Positions 19,526 to 28,388 of a stretch of DNA of 64,000 nt are shown here, one piece after another. The DNA is from Betaproteobacteria bacterium (GTDB taxonomy: Bacteria > Pseudomonadota > Gammaproteobacteria > Burkholderiales > SG8-41): contig JAQGMI010000152.1 of assembly GCA_028292435.1 (NCBI GenBank), positions 5,441 through 69,440 of the forward strand, written 5' to 3'. Positions within the stretch are counted from its first letter, which is position 1. Every line of letters begins with the position of its first letter. The notes under the pieces are model-generated. The model saw only the letters and a list, made by a program, of their open reading frames with translations. It did no database searches and was not told the DNA's origin. Position numbers and translations under genes: made by a program.

Positions 19526-20497
19526 TTACTCGGGCTGAATGCCGGCGGACTTTATGAGCTTCGCATACTTCGCGACTTCGCGCCGATAGTACGCCGCGAG
19601 TTCAGCCGGCGTGCTGCCGACGGCATCGGCGCCGTCGCTCGCCATGTACTCGATGACGTCGGGCGACTTCAGCGCTTTGAGGACTTCTGAATTGAGCCGC
19701 GCGACGATTTCGGCCGGCGTCCGCGCCGGCACGAACATCGCATACCAGTTATCGGATTCGAATTCCGGATAAAACGATTTCATCGTCGGCACGTCCGGCA
19801 AAACCGAGGAGCGCTTGCCGGTGGTCACCGCGAGCACCCTGACCTTGCCGCTTTTCATGAACGGCTGCGCCGACAATAGCGGCACGAATGCAATATCCAC
19901 CTCGCCCGAAAGCACCGCGGTGGTCGCGGGGCCGCCGCCTTTGTACGGAACATGCGTGACTTGAACACCCGCGTATTGCTTCAGCATCTCGATCGACAAG
20001 TGGCTGGTCGTGCCGACGCCGTTGGACGACGCGTTGAATTGGCCGACGCGCTTTTTTGCGAGAGCCACGAGCTCGGGCACGTTTCGCACCGGCACGCTCG
20101 GATGCACGGTCAATACGAGCGGCACCGACGACACCCACGACACGGGATCGAAATCTTTGAGCGGATCGAACGTGAGTTTTTTATAAAGACCGGCGTTGAC
20201 CGCAAGCGAGGCACTCGAAAACAGGATCGTGTAGCCATCAGCCGCGGCATGCGCGACGGCTTCGGCACCGATCAGGCCGCCTGCGCCCGTACGGTTCTCG
20301 ACCACGAACGATTGGCCGAAAGTCTCGTAGAACTTCTTGCTGAACAGGCGTGCCTGGATATCGAGGCCGCCTCCCGGCGTGAACGGCACGATGATGCGAA
20401 CCGGTTTTGATGGCCAAGTCTGCGCATAGCTGCCGAAAGACACGCAGGCGAACGCGGCGACCAGCAGGCTGCAATGCCGGCGAACTTGAATATTCAC
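19526..20497 (-). CDS. Bug/TctC-family periplasmic solute-binding protein
   Basis: 323 aa with a signal peptide. Motifs TPGGGLDIQAR, VENRTGAGG, HVPYKG, SGKVRVLAV. Confidence 0.9.
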   Translation of the reverse strand: MNIQVRRHCSLLVAAFACVSFGSYAQTWPSKPVRIIVPFTPGGGLDIQARLFSKKFYETFGQSFVVENRTGAGGLIGAEAVAHAAADGYTILFSSASLAVNAGLYKKLTFDPLKDFDPVSWVSSVPLVLTVHPSVPVRNVPELVALAKKRVGQFNASSNGVGTTSHLSIEMLKQYAGVQVTHVPYKGGGPATTAVLSGEVDIAFVPLLSAQPFMKSGKVRVLAVTTGKRSSVLPDVPTMKSFYPEFESDNWYAMFVPARTPAEIVARLNSEVLKALKSPDVIEYMASDGADAVGSTPAELAAYYRREVAKYAKLIKSAGIQPE

Positions 20498-20502
20498 GAA
20501 TC

Positions 20503-21453
20503 TTAAGCGCGGTAGATCGGCGCGGGCTGGGAAAAGAACGACTGCAGGATGTGATAGACCATCATGTAATTGATCTGCTGAAAGCTCGCATGTGAAATAC
20601 CCGACATCACGGTGAACTGCTTGTCGGGATTCGGCAGGCGCTTGAAAAACTCGACGAGATCCTCGAAGCCTGCGATGCCGTCGAACTGACCGCGCATGAC
20701 CATGGTCGGCACGCCGATTTTTTCCGGCGAAACGACGGGCAGCTTAGAGCACATGTCGACATAGGTGCCGGTTGGCATCGAATCGTCCAGTGCAAGCACC
20801 GCGTCGGCGAACACTTCGATGACGTTCTTGTCGGCGCAGCCCGGGTGATCGCGCTCGAAAATACTGTGCATGAACGCGCGGTCGATCGGACGCCGCTTCA
20901 TCTCCAGAAACTGCGACAGTTTTTTGCGCCGCTCGTCGAGCGTAGGGCTGCCCTTGCCGGTCCACACGAATGCATCAAGCGCCAGTCGCGCGACGCGCTC
21001 GGGATGACGCTCGGCGAACATTGCCGCGCGCAACGCACCCGACGATATGCCGTACACGAGAAAGTTATTAACCCCGCGCGTCTTCATGATGTAGTCGGTC
21101 GCCGCCTTGGCGTCATCTGCGCCGTTGGCAATGTCGCAGTTGATATCGCGCGTCTTGTCCGAACGGCCATAGCCTTCCATGTCGAAACACCAGGTGTCGT
21201 AGCCCTGGGCGGCGAAATACTCCATCGCCGACGAATAAGGACGTTCCGGCATCTGCAGATCGAACGTCGGCGTCGACGCCATCGACGAACCGTGAATGAA
21301 CAGGACGGTGCCGCGCGCCGGTTTTACCGTGCTTTGTTTTTCCCACAGGAAAAGTTTGACGTCGCCCTTCTTCGTCCAGTGTTCCTGCCCTTTCACTGCA
21401 ACCGCCGCCTGCGTGTTCATTGTTACTGCTCCCGTTATCAGATCAAAAATCAT
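20503..21453 (-). CDS. alpha/beta-fold hydrolase
   Basis: 316 aa (alternative start at Met 21420). Contains VLFIHGSS, the nucleophile elbow GISSG, and a C-terminal ISH. Confidence 0.8.
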   Translation of the reverse strand: MIFDLITGAVTMNTQAAVAVKGQEHWTKKGDVKLFLWEKQSTVKPARGTVLFIHGSSMASTPTFDLQMPERPYSSAMEYFAAQGYDTWCFDMEGYGRSDKTRDINCDIANGADDAKAATDYIMKTRGVNNFLVYGISSGALRAAMFAERHPERVARLALDAFVWTGKGSPTLDERRKKLSQFLEMKRRPIDRAFMHSIFERDHPGCADKNVIEVFADAVLALDDSMPTGTYVDMCSKLPVVSPEKIGVPTMVMRGQFDGIAGFEDLVEFFKRLPNPDKQFTVMSGISHASFQQINYMMVYHILQSFFSQPAPIYRA

Positions 21454-21576
21454 CCGCGAAAGGCTGCATTTTATACTGCCGACCCGCGGGCGACAGCGAA
21501 ATCCCGGCGCCGCGCGTATAATCCGCGCTCGCGCCGAACCCGCGGCACGTCACAACGCTTTTCTGCATTCCTCTTC

Positions 21577-22713
21577 ATGTTCCTGCTCGAACACGACGCC
21601 AAATCGCTGCTCGCAATGCATGGCGCCCCCGCGCCTGCCGGCTCACTGCTCGCAAGCAGTGATATCTCGGACGCATCGCTGCCGGCGCCGCCGTGGGTGG
21701 TCAAGGCACAGATTGCTGCCGGCGGCCGCGGCAAAGCCGGTTTGATTCGCACCGCAAAATCGCGCGACGAGCTTCAATCGCAGCTGCACGCCATCCTGGG
21801 CGCAACGCATAAGAATATGACCGTGCGCGAATGCCGCGTCGAATCGCTGGTCGGCGATGCCGTGGAAACTTACGTGAGTTTCATGCTCGAACCTGTATCG
21901 GCAGGCGTGCGCATCATGCTTGCGGCGCAAGGCGGTGTTGAAATCGAAGCACTCGCAAAAATGCCCGGTGCACTCAAGAGCGCAATCAGCGCGCCCGAAG
22001 CGGCCGCGCTTCACGCTGCGATTGACGAACTAACGCACGGCCTTGTACCGCATTTGGCGCAAGCATTGAATAACGCGGCACGCGACCTCGCGCGCCTATT
22101 TCTCACGGCCGAGCTGTCGCTGCTTGAAATCAATCCGCTGTTCGTGCGGCGTGACGGCAGCTGGACGCTGGGTGACGCCAAAGTGGTCACCGACGACGAC
22201 GCAATGTTCCGGCAACCGCACTTGCGCGCGCTGCTCGATGGCCGCGAGAGCGCTTATCCCGAGGCTTATCGCAAGCAACATCATGGCTGCGATTACGTGG
22301 TAGTCGATCCGCAGGGCGAAATCGGCCTGCTGACGACCGGCGCCGGACTGTCAATGATGTTGATCGACGAACTGCGCGCAACGGGGCTAAAGCCCTATAA
22401 CTTTCTCGACGTGCGCACCGGCGGCTTGCGCGGCGATCCGGCACGGCTCGTCAATGTGCTCAACTGGATCGCCGAAGGGCCGCGCGTGCGCGTGCTGTTC
22501 GTCAATATTTTTGCGGGCATCACCGACCTGGGCGAATTCTCGCAATTGCTGATTCAGGCGTTCGCGCAAACGCCGACGCTTAAAGTACCCATCGTCGCCC
22601 GGCTTATCGGCACCAATCTCGAAGCGGCGCGCGAATTTTTGGCCGCGCGCAACATCCCGGTCACCACTGATCTGTCGGAAGCCATCACGCACGTGCGCCG
22701 GCATTTGCAATGA
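21577..22713 (+). CDS. succinyl-CoA-synthetase beta-like ATP-grasp subunit of an NDP-forming acid-CoA ligase
   Basis: The ORF track starts at 20845, antisense to the hydrolase gene. The family-typical start MFLLEHDAKSLLAMHG is at ATG 21577. Contains VVKAQIAAGGRGKAG. Confidence 0.8.
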   Translation: MFLLEHDAKSLLAMHGAPAPAGSLLASSDISDASLPAPPWVVKAQIAAGGRGKAGLIRTAKSRDELQSQLHAILGATHKNMTVRECRVESLVGDAVETYVSFMLEPVSAGVRIMLAAQGGVEIEALAKMPGALKSAISAPEAAALHAAIDELTHGLVPHLAQALNNAARDLARLFLTAELSLLEINPLFVRRDGSWTLGDAKVVTDDDAMFRQPHLRALLDGRESAYPEAYRKQHHGCDYVVVDPQGEIGLLTTGAGLSMMLIDELRATGLKPYNFLDVRTGGLRGDPARLVNVLNWIAEGPRVRVLFVNIFAGITDLGEFSQLLIQAFAQTPTLKVPIVARLIGTNLEAAREFLAARNIPVTTDLSEAITHVRRHLQ

Positions 22714-23597
22714 TCAATCCGCGCATCGACCGCACAACCGGCGTCATCGTGCAGGGCATCACGGGCCGCGCGGGACGCATGCACACGCGGCTCATGCGCG
22801 AGTACGGCACGCACATTGTCGCAGGCGTCTCACCGAAGACCGATGTCAAAGACGTCGATGGCATTCCGGTTTTCGCCAACTGCCGCGACGCTGTTGCTGC
22901 GACGAAAGCGTCCGCCAGCGTTTTGCTCGTCGGCGCCGAACAGTTGCTGGGCGCAATCGAAGACGCCGTGAAAGCCGGTATCAAACTGATCGTGACGCCG
23001 ACCGAAGGCATGCCCGCACATGACGCATTGCGCGCACGGCGCCTCACGCAGGAAGCCAAGGTTACGTGGATAGGCGCGTCAACGCCCGGGATGGCGGTCG
23101 CGGGCGAGGCCAAGCTCGGCTTTCTGCCCGAAGCGTCCTTAATGCCGGGTGCGCTCGGCATCATGTCGAAAAGCGGCACCTTGTCATACGAGTCGGGCTT
23201 CCGTCTCATGCAACGCGGCGTCGGGACGTCGATCTGGATCGGCGTCGGCGGCGATCCGGTTAAAGGCACGCGGTTTGCGGAACTCGTGCCGTTCTTCGCC
23301 AGCGATCGTCAAAGCGAAGCATTGCTGATCATCGGCGAGATTGGCGGCAGCGAAGAAGAAGATTTCGCCGCGGCGCTGACGACGCATAGTTTTGCGAAGC
23401 CGGTTTTCGCATTGATCGCCGGGCGGAGCTCACCTGAAGGCGTGACCATGGGACATGCGGGCGCCCTTGTGCACGGCAGCCAGGGCGGCTACGCGGCAAA
23501 GAAAGCAGCACTCGAGAGCGCTGGCGTAACAGTATTCGGTTCGCTCGACGAGATGGCGAATGGCATCGTCGCGTGGCACGAAGCACGCACCACTTAA
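22710..23597 (+). CDS. succinyl-CoA-synthetase alpha-like CoA-binding subunit
   Basis: 295 aa with a 4-nt overlap with the beta subunit. Contains GVIVQGITGRAG and the phosphohistidine loop MGHAGALV. Confidence 0.85.
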   Translation: MINPRIDRTTGVIVQGITGRAGRMHTRLMREYGTHIVAGVSPKTDVKDVDGIPVFANCRDAVAATKASASVLLVGAEQLLGAIEDAVKAGIKLIVTPTEGMPAHDALRARRLTQEAKVTWIGASTPGMAVAGEAKLGFLPEASLMPGALGIMSKSGTLSYESGFRLMQRGVGTSIWIGVGGDPVKGTRFAELVPFFASDRQSEALLIIGEIGGSEEEDFAAALTTHSFAKPVFALIAGRSSPEGVTMGHAGALVHGSQGGYAAKKAALESAGVTVFGSLDEMANGIVAWHEARTT

Positions 23598-23617
23598 TCA
23601 GAACAAAGGAACTTGCG

Positions 23618-24784
23618 ATGGACTTCAAACTGAGCGACGAGCAACGCGAATTCGTAAGCGTGGTGCGCAAAGCGTGCCAAAAGGAATTCGCGCCGCGCGC
23701 GATCAAGTATCTCGACGGCACCTGGCCGGCGGAAAACATGAAAACACTCGCTGAAATCGGCGTGCTCGGCATGTCGGTTCCAACCGAATACGGCGGCTCC
23801 GGGCTCGGCATTCTCGATACGGTGCTCGTGCTCGAGGAAATCGGCAAGGTCTGCTACGTGACAGCGATGGCAGTGCTCGGCGAAGTCGGCGTGCAGTGCC
23901 GCATCATCAGCACGTACGCGCCTGAGTCGATCAAGCAAAAAATCCTGCCGCGAGTGGCCACCGGCGACGCGATCCTCGCCATCTGCATGACGGAACCAAA
24001 CGCAGGCACCGATGTGCCGAATTACACGACGAATACCGTCATCAAAGGCGACCGCATCATTATCAACGGCCGCAAGACGCTGATCAGCCGCGCCGACATC
24101 GCCGAAATGTTCGTCGTGTTCACGCGCGTCGACAGCGTGCCGGGCGCCAAAGGCATCGGCTGCGTATTGATACCGGGCGGCGTGAAGGGACTCGTCGCCG
24201 AGCCGAAATACCACACGATGGGCGGCGAATACCTGAGCGAAGTGCAGTTCAACGACGTCGAACTGCCGCTCGAAAATCTGGTCATTAGCAGCGACGGCAT
24301 GAAAAAACTATTGAGCGCATTCAACACGCAGCGCTGCCTGAACCCCGCGATTTGCCTCGGCCTCGCGGAAGGCGCGATGGAAGAAGCCATCAAGTATCTG
24401 CGCGACCGTTCGGCGTTCGGTCACCCGATTGGCGACTTTCAGGGCATGCGCTGGAAAGCGGCTGATATGTATATCCAGATCGAAGCGGCGCGCGGACTTT
24501 TGTATCGCGCGGCGGTCAGCGGCGATCAGTTCCCTGATCCCACGCTCGCGGCGATGGCGAAAATTTATTGCAACGAAATGAGCATTCGCGTGACGTCCGA
24601 AGCGGTCCAGGTGCATGGCGGCTACGGCTTCACCGACGAATACCCGGTGTCGCGCTTTTTCCGCGGCACGCGTTACGGCAGTCTCGGCGGCGGCACCAGC
24701 GAAACGCTGCGCAATCTGATCGGACGCAAACTCGTCAAGGACATGGACTTGGCGACCGGCGTGCTCGGGATGGGAACGTTCTAA
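23618..24784 (+). CDS. acyl-CoA dehydrogenase
   Basis: Start chosen at ATG 23618 (MDFKLSDEQREF), preceded by AAAGGA. Contains CMTEPNAGTD and VHGGYGFTDEYPVSRFFR. Confidence 0.9.
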   Translation: MDFKLSDEQREFVSVVRKACQKEFAPRAIKYLDGTWPAENMKTLAEIGVLGMSVPTEYGGSGLGILDTVLVLEEIGKVCYVTAMAVLGEVGVQCRIISTYAPESIKQKILPRVATGDAILAICMTEPNAGTDVPNYTTNTVIKGDRIIINGRKTLISRADIAEMFVVFTRVDSVPGAKGIGCVLIPGGVKGLVAEPKYHTMGGEYLSEVQFNDVELPLENLVISSDGMKKLLSAFNTQRCLNPAICLGLAEGAMEEAIKYLRDRSAFGHPIGDFQGMRWKAADMYIQIEAARGLLYRAAVSGDQFPDPTLAAMAKIYCNEMSIRVTSEAVQVHGGYGFTDEYPVSRFFRGTRYGSLGGGTSETLRNLIGRKLVKDMDLATGVLGMGTF

Positions 24785-24810
24785 CCGATCATTTGCGGCG
24801 CATCCGGCCA

Positions 24811-24845
24811 AAAAAAATCCCGGCACGAAGGCCGGGATTTTTCTT
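24811..24845. terminator. bidirectional intrinsic terminator
   Basis: AAAAAAATCCCGGC-acgaag-GCCGGGATTTTT: a GC-rich 8-bp stem flanked by an A-run and a T-run, between convergent genes. Confidence 0.8.
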
Positions 24846-24856
24846 CCCACTCGTAT

Positions 24857-25885
24857 TCAGTACGTCGGCCGCTGCCGCAGATATTTTTCGCGGTCCATCG
24901 AGTGGACCTCCAGTTTTTTGATCTCGGTGCCTTTGAGCACATCCAATACGACTTCTGCGCCGGCATCGCCGCTCGCCCATAGCTTGCGATAAAAGTCGGT
25001 GTGCCCTTTGACCTGTTCGCCGCGGATGCCGACGATGATGTCGCCATTCGCAATGCCCGCCTGATCGGCCGGACTGTCGGGCGACACGCGAGTGACGATC
25101 AATTTGCCCTGCAGATCCTGCGTGCTGACACCAAGCCATGGTCGCGGCTTTGACGCCGTGCGGCCTTGCGAAATCAAATCGCCGAGAATCGGTTTAAGCA
25201 GATCGATCGGGACGAAGAGGTTGCCCGGCACCTGGCCTTTGCCGCCGAGCGCATCGCCCACCACCAGCGAACCGACACCGAGCAACTTGCCTTCTTTATT
25301 GATCAGCGCGGCGCCCTGCCAATTGACGGTTGCAGGCGCGGTGTAAATTGCCTCGTCGAGCAGATATTCCCAGTAGCCGGCAAACGGGCGGCGGGAAACG
25401 ACGAATGCCGGCGCCACGCCGTCGAAACCGACGATCAGCACAGGTTCGCGTTCCGGCACGGTCGCCGAATCGCCGAATGCAATCGGCTTCACCGACGGCG
25501 GCTTCACCGCCCGGAGTAAGCCGAAGCCGCTCGAGAAATCATACGCAATGACGCTCGCGGGCACCGCGCGGCCATCGGCCGCGGCAACCACCACGGACTC
25601 CGCCTCCTGCACCAGATAGCCGATCGTCAGAATCAATCCGCTGGAGTCGATGACAATGCCGGTGCCTTCGCGGTCGCCGCCCAGCGAATTTCGGCTGCGC
25701 GCATCAGGCACGGCCTTGACGATGACCTTGACGACCGAAAATGCATCGACCGTGAGCGGCTCGCGAGCGCGCGGCGCGTCTGCCGCGTTGACCGGCGGCG
25801 CGCTCTGCAGGAGCCACATCACAGTCAGCGCAAGACTTGCGGCCACCGGTTTCACTCGGCCGGCCAAACCAATGGAATATGACAT
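24857..25885 (-). CDS. DegP/S1C-like trypsin-fold protein with C-terminal PDZ domain; catalytic His and Ser apparently substituted
   Basis: Start taken at Met 25885 (the ORF extends to 26017). Contains GTGIVIDSSGLILTIGYLV (Tyr where His is expected), NWQGAALINKEGKLLGV (Gln where the GNSGG Ser is expected), and the PDZ segment LIVTRVSPDSPADQAGIANGDIIVGI. Confidence 0.7.
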   Translation of the reverse strand: MSYSIGLAGRVKPVAASLALTVMWLLQSAPPVNAADAPRAREPLTVDAFSVVKVIVKAVPDARSRNSLGGDREGTGIVIDSSGLILTIGYLVQEAESVVVAAADGRAVPASVIAYDFSSGFGLLRAVKPPSVKPIAFGDSATVPEREPVLIVGFDGVAPAFVVSRRPFAGYWEYLLDEAIYTAPATVNWQGAALINKEGKLLGVGSLVVGDALGGKGQVPGNLFVPIDLLKPILGDLISQGRTASKPRPWLGVSTQDLQGKLIVTRVSPDSPADQAGIANGDIIVGIRGEQVKGHTDFYRKLWASGDAGAEVVLDVLKGTEIKKLEVHSMDREKYLRQRPTY

Positions 25886-26079
25886 CGCGTCTCCTGTGAG
25901 CAGCAACCGCACTGTCCCGATATTAAGCTTGACCTGTCGCTTCGGCAATCGTTCAACTCGTGCGAGAATTGGAGTCCGGCTATCTGACGAGCATTGCGGC
26001 CGCCCTGGTGCAATCAAACCGGGCCGTAACCCGCTATAACCAGCGTAATATTTTCAATCGATTTTTTGGGGGAGCAAAC

Positions 26080-26853
26080 ATGGATTTTGGACTGAAAGGC
26101 AAAGTCGCGATCGTGACCGGCGGCACTGAAGGCATCGGCAAGGCAAGCGCAATCGTTTTCGCCCGCGAAGGCGCCAAAGTTGCAATCTGCGCGCGGACGC
26201 CTGAAGCCGTTGAAAAAACCGTGGCCGAAATCAAGCGCGCCGGCGGCGATGCGTTCGGCATGGCAGCCGACATGAGCAAGATGGAAGACATCGAGCGTTT
26301 CATCAACGCGGTGGTCAAGCAATATGGCGGCATCGACATCCTCGTGAACAATGCGGGCACTTCCGCACGCGGCGCGTTTCTCGAGATCAAGGATGACACC
26401 TGGCACTCAGACATTGAGCTTAAGGTATTTGGCGCAATCCGCTGCACCCGGCTCGCTATCCCGCACATGCAAAAGCGCGGCGGCGGACGCGTAATCAACA
26501 TCACGATCTCGAGCGCCAAACAGCCAGGCGCAGGGTCAATGCCGACGACGATTTCGCGCGCGGCCGGCCTCGCGATTACCAAGGCACTCTCCAAAGAATT
26601 CGCCGCCGACAATATCCTGGTGAACACCGTGTGCATCGGCAAAATAAAATCCGGGCAGCACGAGCGCCGCATCGCCAAAACCGGCGTCACTGCCGACGAC
26701 TACTATTCAAAAGAAGCGAAGCCGATTCCGATGGGGCGCTTCGGCGAGGCGGAAGAAGCAGCGAACGTCATCGTGTTTCTGTGCTCGGACGGTGCGAGTT
26801 ACGTCACCGGCACCAGCGTGCATCTCGACGGCGGCATGTCGGGAGTTTTGTGA
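26080..26853 (+). CDS. short-chain dehydrogenase/reductase (SDR) family protein
   Basis: ATG 26080 follows GGGGGAG. Contains VAIVTGGTEGIGKA and NNAG. The expected YxxxK region reads PTTISRAAG. Confidence 0.8.
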   Translation: MDFGLKGKVAIVTGGTEGIGKASAIVFAREGAKVAICARTPEAVEKTVAEIKRAGGDAFGMAADMSKMEDIERFINAVVKQYGGIDILVNNAGTSARGAFLEIKDDTWHSDIELKVFGAIRCTRLAIPHMQKRGGGRVINITISSAKQPGAGSMPTTISRAAGLAITKALSKEFAADNILVNTVCIGKIKSGQHERRIAKTGVTADDYYSKEAKPIPMGRFGEAEEAANVIVFLCSDGASYVTGTSVHLDGGMSGVL

Positions 26854-26863
26854 GCAGGTGATT

Positions 26864-27820
26864 ATGCGAGCACTGTTCGTCTTCGCGATGCTGGCTGCGG
26901 CCGGCATTGCGACGGCGCAAGACTATCCAAATCGCCCTATCAGGTTCATTGTTCCCTTCCCTCCAGGCGGCGGCAATGACACGATGGCGCGCACGATCGG
27001 CAATAAGCTCGCCGCAGCGCTCGGGCAGCAATTTGTCGTCGATAACCGCCCCGGCGCTGGCGGCATCATCGGCGCGGAGACTGCAGCGCATGCCGCGCCT
27101 GACGGGTACACATTGTTTCTCGGCGGCGTTGCAAGCCACGGCATCAATCCGAACCTCAATCCAAAACTTGGCTACGATCCGATCAAGAATTTCGCGCCTG
27201 TCAGCCTCATCGCCGCAGCGCCTTTGATATTGGTGGTGAATCCGGCGGTACCGGTCAAAACCGTTAAAGAGCTCGTGCAGCTTGCAAAAACAAAACCCGG
27301 GCAGCTCAATTTTGCGTCGAACGGGACTGGCGGCTCGTCGCACATGGCGGCGGAATTATTCAAAATGATGACCGGCACCGACATGGTTCACGTGCCGTAT
27401 AAAGGCCTGTCGCCCGCATTGACGGACTTGTTGAGCGGACAGGTGCAGCTCATGTTTTCGAGCACGGTTGCAATATTGCCGTTGGTACGCGCAGGACGAC
27501 TGCGGCCGCTTGCGATAACGAGTGCGAAACGCTCGTCTGCGATGCCCGAAGTGCCCACGGTCGCCGAATCCGGCGTGCCCGGCTATGAAACGGCATCCTG
27601 GTATGGCGTGCTTGCACCGGCCGGCACCAACAAAGCGATCGTCGACCGCCTCAATCGTGAAATTACCGAAGTCATGAAAATGCCCGACGTCAGAGAGCGC
27701 TTGATGAGTGAAGGTGCCGAGCCGGCAGGCGGATCGCCGGCTGACTTTGCGGCTCACATCAAACGCGAACTCGCACGCTGGTCTCAAGTCATCAAGCAGG
27801 CAAAAATAAAACCGGACTAA
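26864..27820 (+). CDS. Bug/TctC-family periplasmic solute-binding protein
   Basis: Start at ATG 26864 gives the signal peptide MRALFVFAMLAAAGIATA. Motifs PPGGGNDTMAR, VDNRPGAGG, HVPYKG, AGRLRPLAI. Confidence 0.9.
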   Translation: MRALFVFAMLAAAGIATAQDYPNRPIRFIVPFPPGGGNDTMARTIGNKLAAALGQQFVVDNRPGAGGIIGAETAAHAAPDGYTLFLGGVASHGINPNLNPKLGYDPIKNFAPVSLIAAAPLILVVNPAVPVKTVKELVQLAKTKPGQLNFASNGTGGSSHMAAELFKMMTGTDMVHVPYKGLSPALTDLLSGQVQLMFSSTVAILPLVRAGRLRPLAITSAKRSSAMPEVPTVAESGVPGYETASWYGVLAPAGTNKAIVDRLNREITEVMKMPDVRERLMSEGAEPAGGSPADFAAHIKRELARWSQVIKQAKIKPD

Positions 27821-27857
27821 TCAGGATAAACCAAAAGTTCAACCGGATTCGGCAGCA

Positions 27858-28066
27858 TTGCGCAGCGGATTCCCGACGCTTTCCAAGTGGACGTATCTGG
27901 ACGCGGCGCGCAAGACGATTCCGCCGCGCTGCGTCGAATGGGCGATGCAGGAATACGGTCTCGACGTTAACGCGAACGCAGGTGCCGACGCATGATCGGG
28001 CGAGAACGTCGAAGCGACCGCGCGTTACACGCGATCAAGCGCGAACTGGCAAGGTGACGGCGCCCT
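27858..28066 (+). pseudogene. remnant of a class-V aminotransferase/cysteine-desulfurase-like gene (N-terminal ~70 codons only)
   Basis: Reads LRSGFPTLSKWTYLDAARKTIPPRCVEWAMQEYG...; FP-L----YLD-A-----P is the typical class-V N-terminus. There is no start codon, TGA at 27993, and a possible continuation in another frame (ALHAIKRELAR). Then it ends. Confidence 0.5.
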
Positions 28067-28163
28067 GAACGAAGCGGATTGCGATAGACGGAAGTGTGCG
28101 GAAATAGGAAGCACATCGCGACTTGCAATCCGCATAGGAACTCAATCTATAAACTTAGAAGCG

Positions 28164-28188
28164 TTTTGATACCCCCAAATATACCTCC
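28164..28188. repeat. candidate island-end direct repeat (left copy)
   Basis: TTTTGATACCCCCAAATATACCTCC. Its first 11 nt are identical to 63952-63962, with a downstream ATACC block shared. Confidence 0.3.
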
Positions 28189-28388
28189 ATGAAGCAGTAC
28201 AACTGCTGGTAGCAATTTTGAGAACGATGCACTTTAAAGGCGTCAGCTAAACGCCCAGACATGCGAACGCATCCATACCCAAGTGCATTTCCGACAAACG
28301 GGCGAGATCGGATGGTTCACATCGCTGCGCAGTACCTTCATGCAGACGGCGCAGAAAATGGGCGACTGGAAAGAGACGCACAACCGAT

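Noticed and set aside
20845-21576. 5' extensions of track ORFs (20845-22713, 14732-16558, 8711-9808, 9836-10954, 25960-26853, 26792-27820, 48711-49265, 52670-52981)
   Set aside because: The extensions overlap neighbouring genes or lack family similarity. Internal starts give canonical N-termini or signal peptides, RBS-like sequences and tidy gene junctions.
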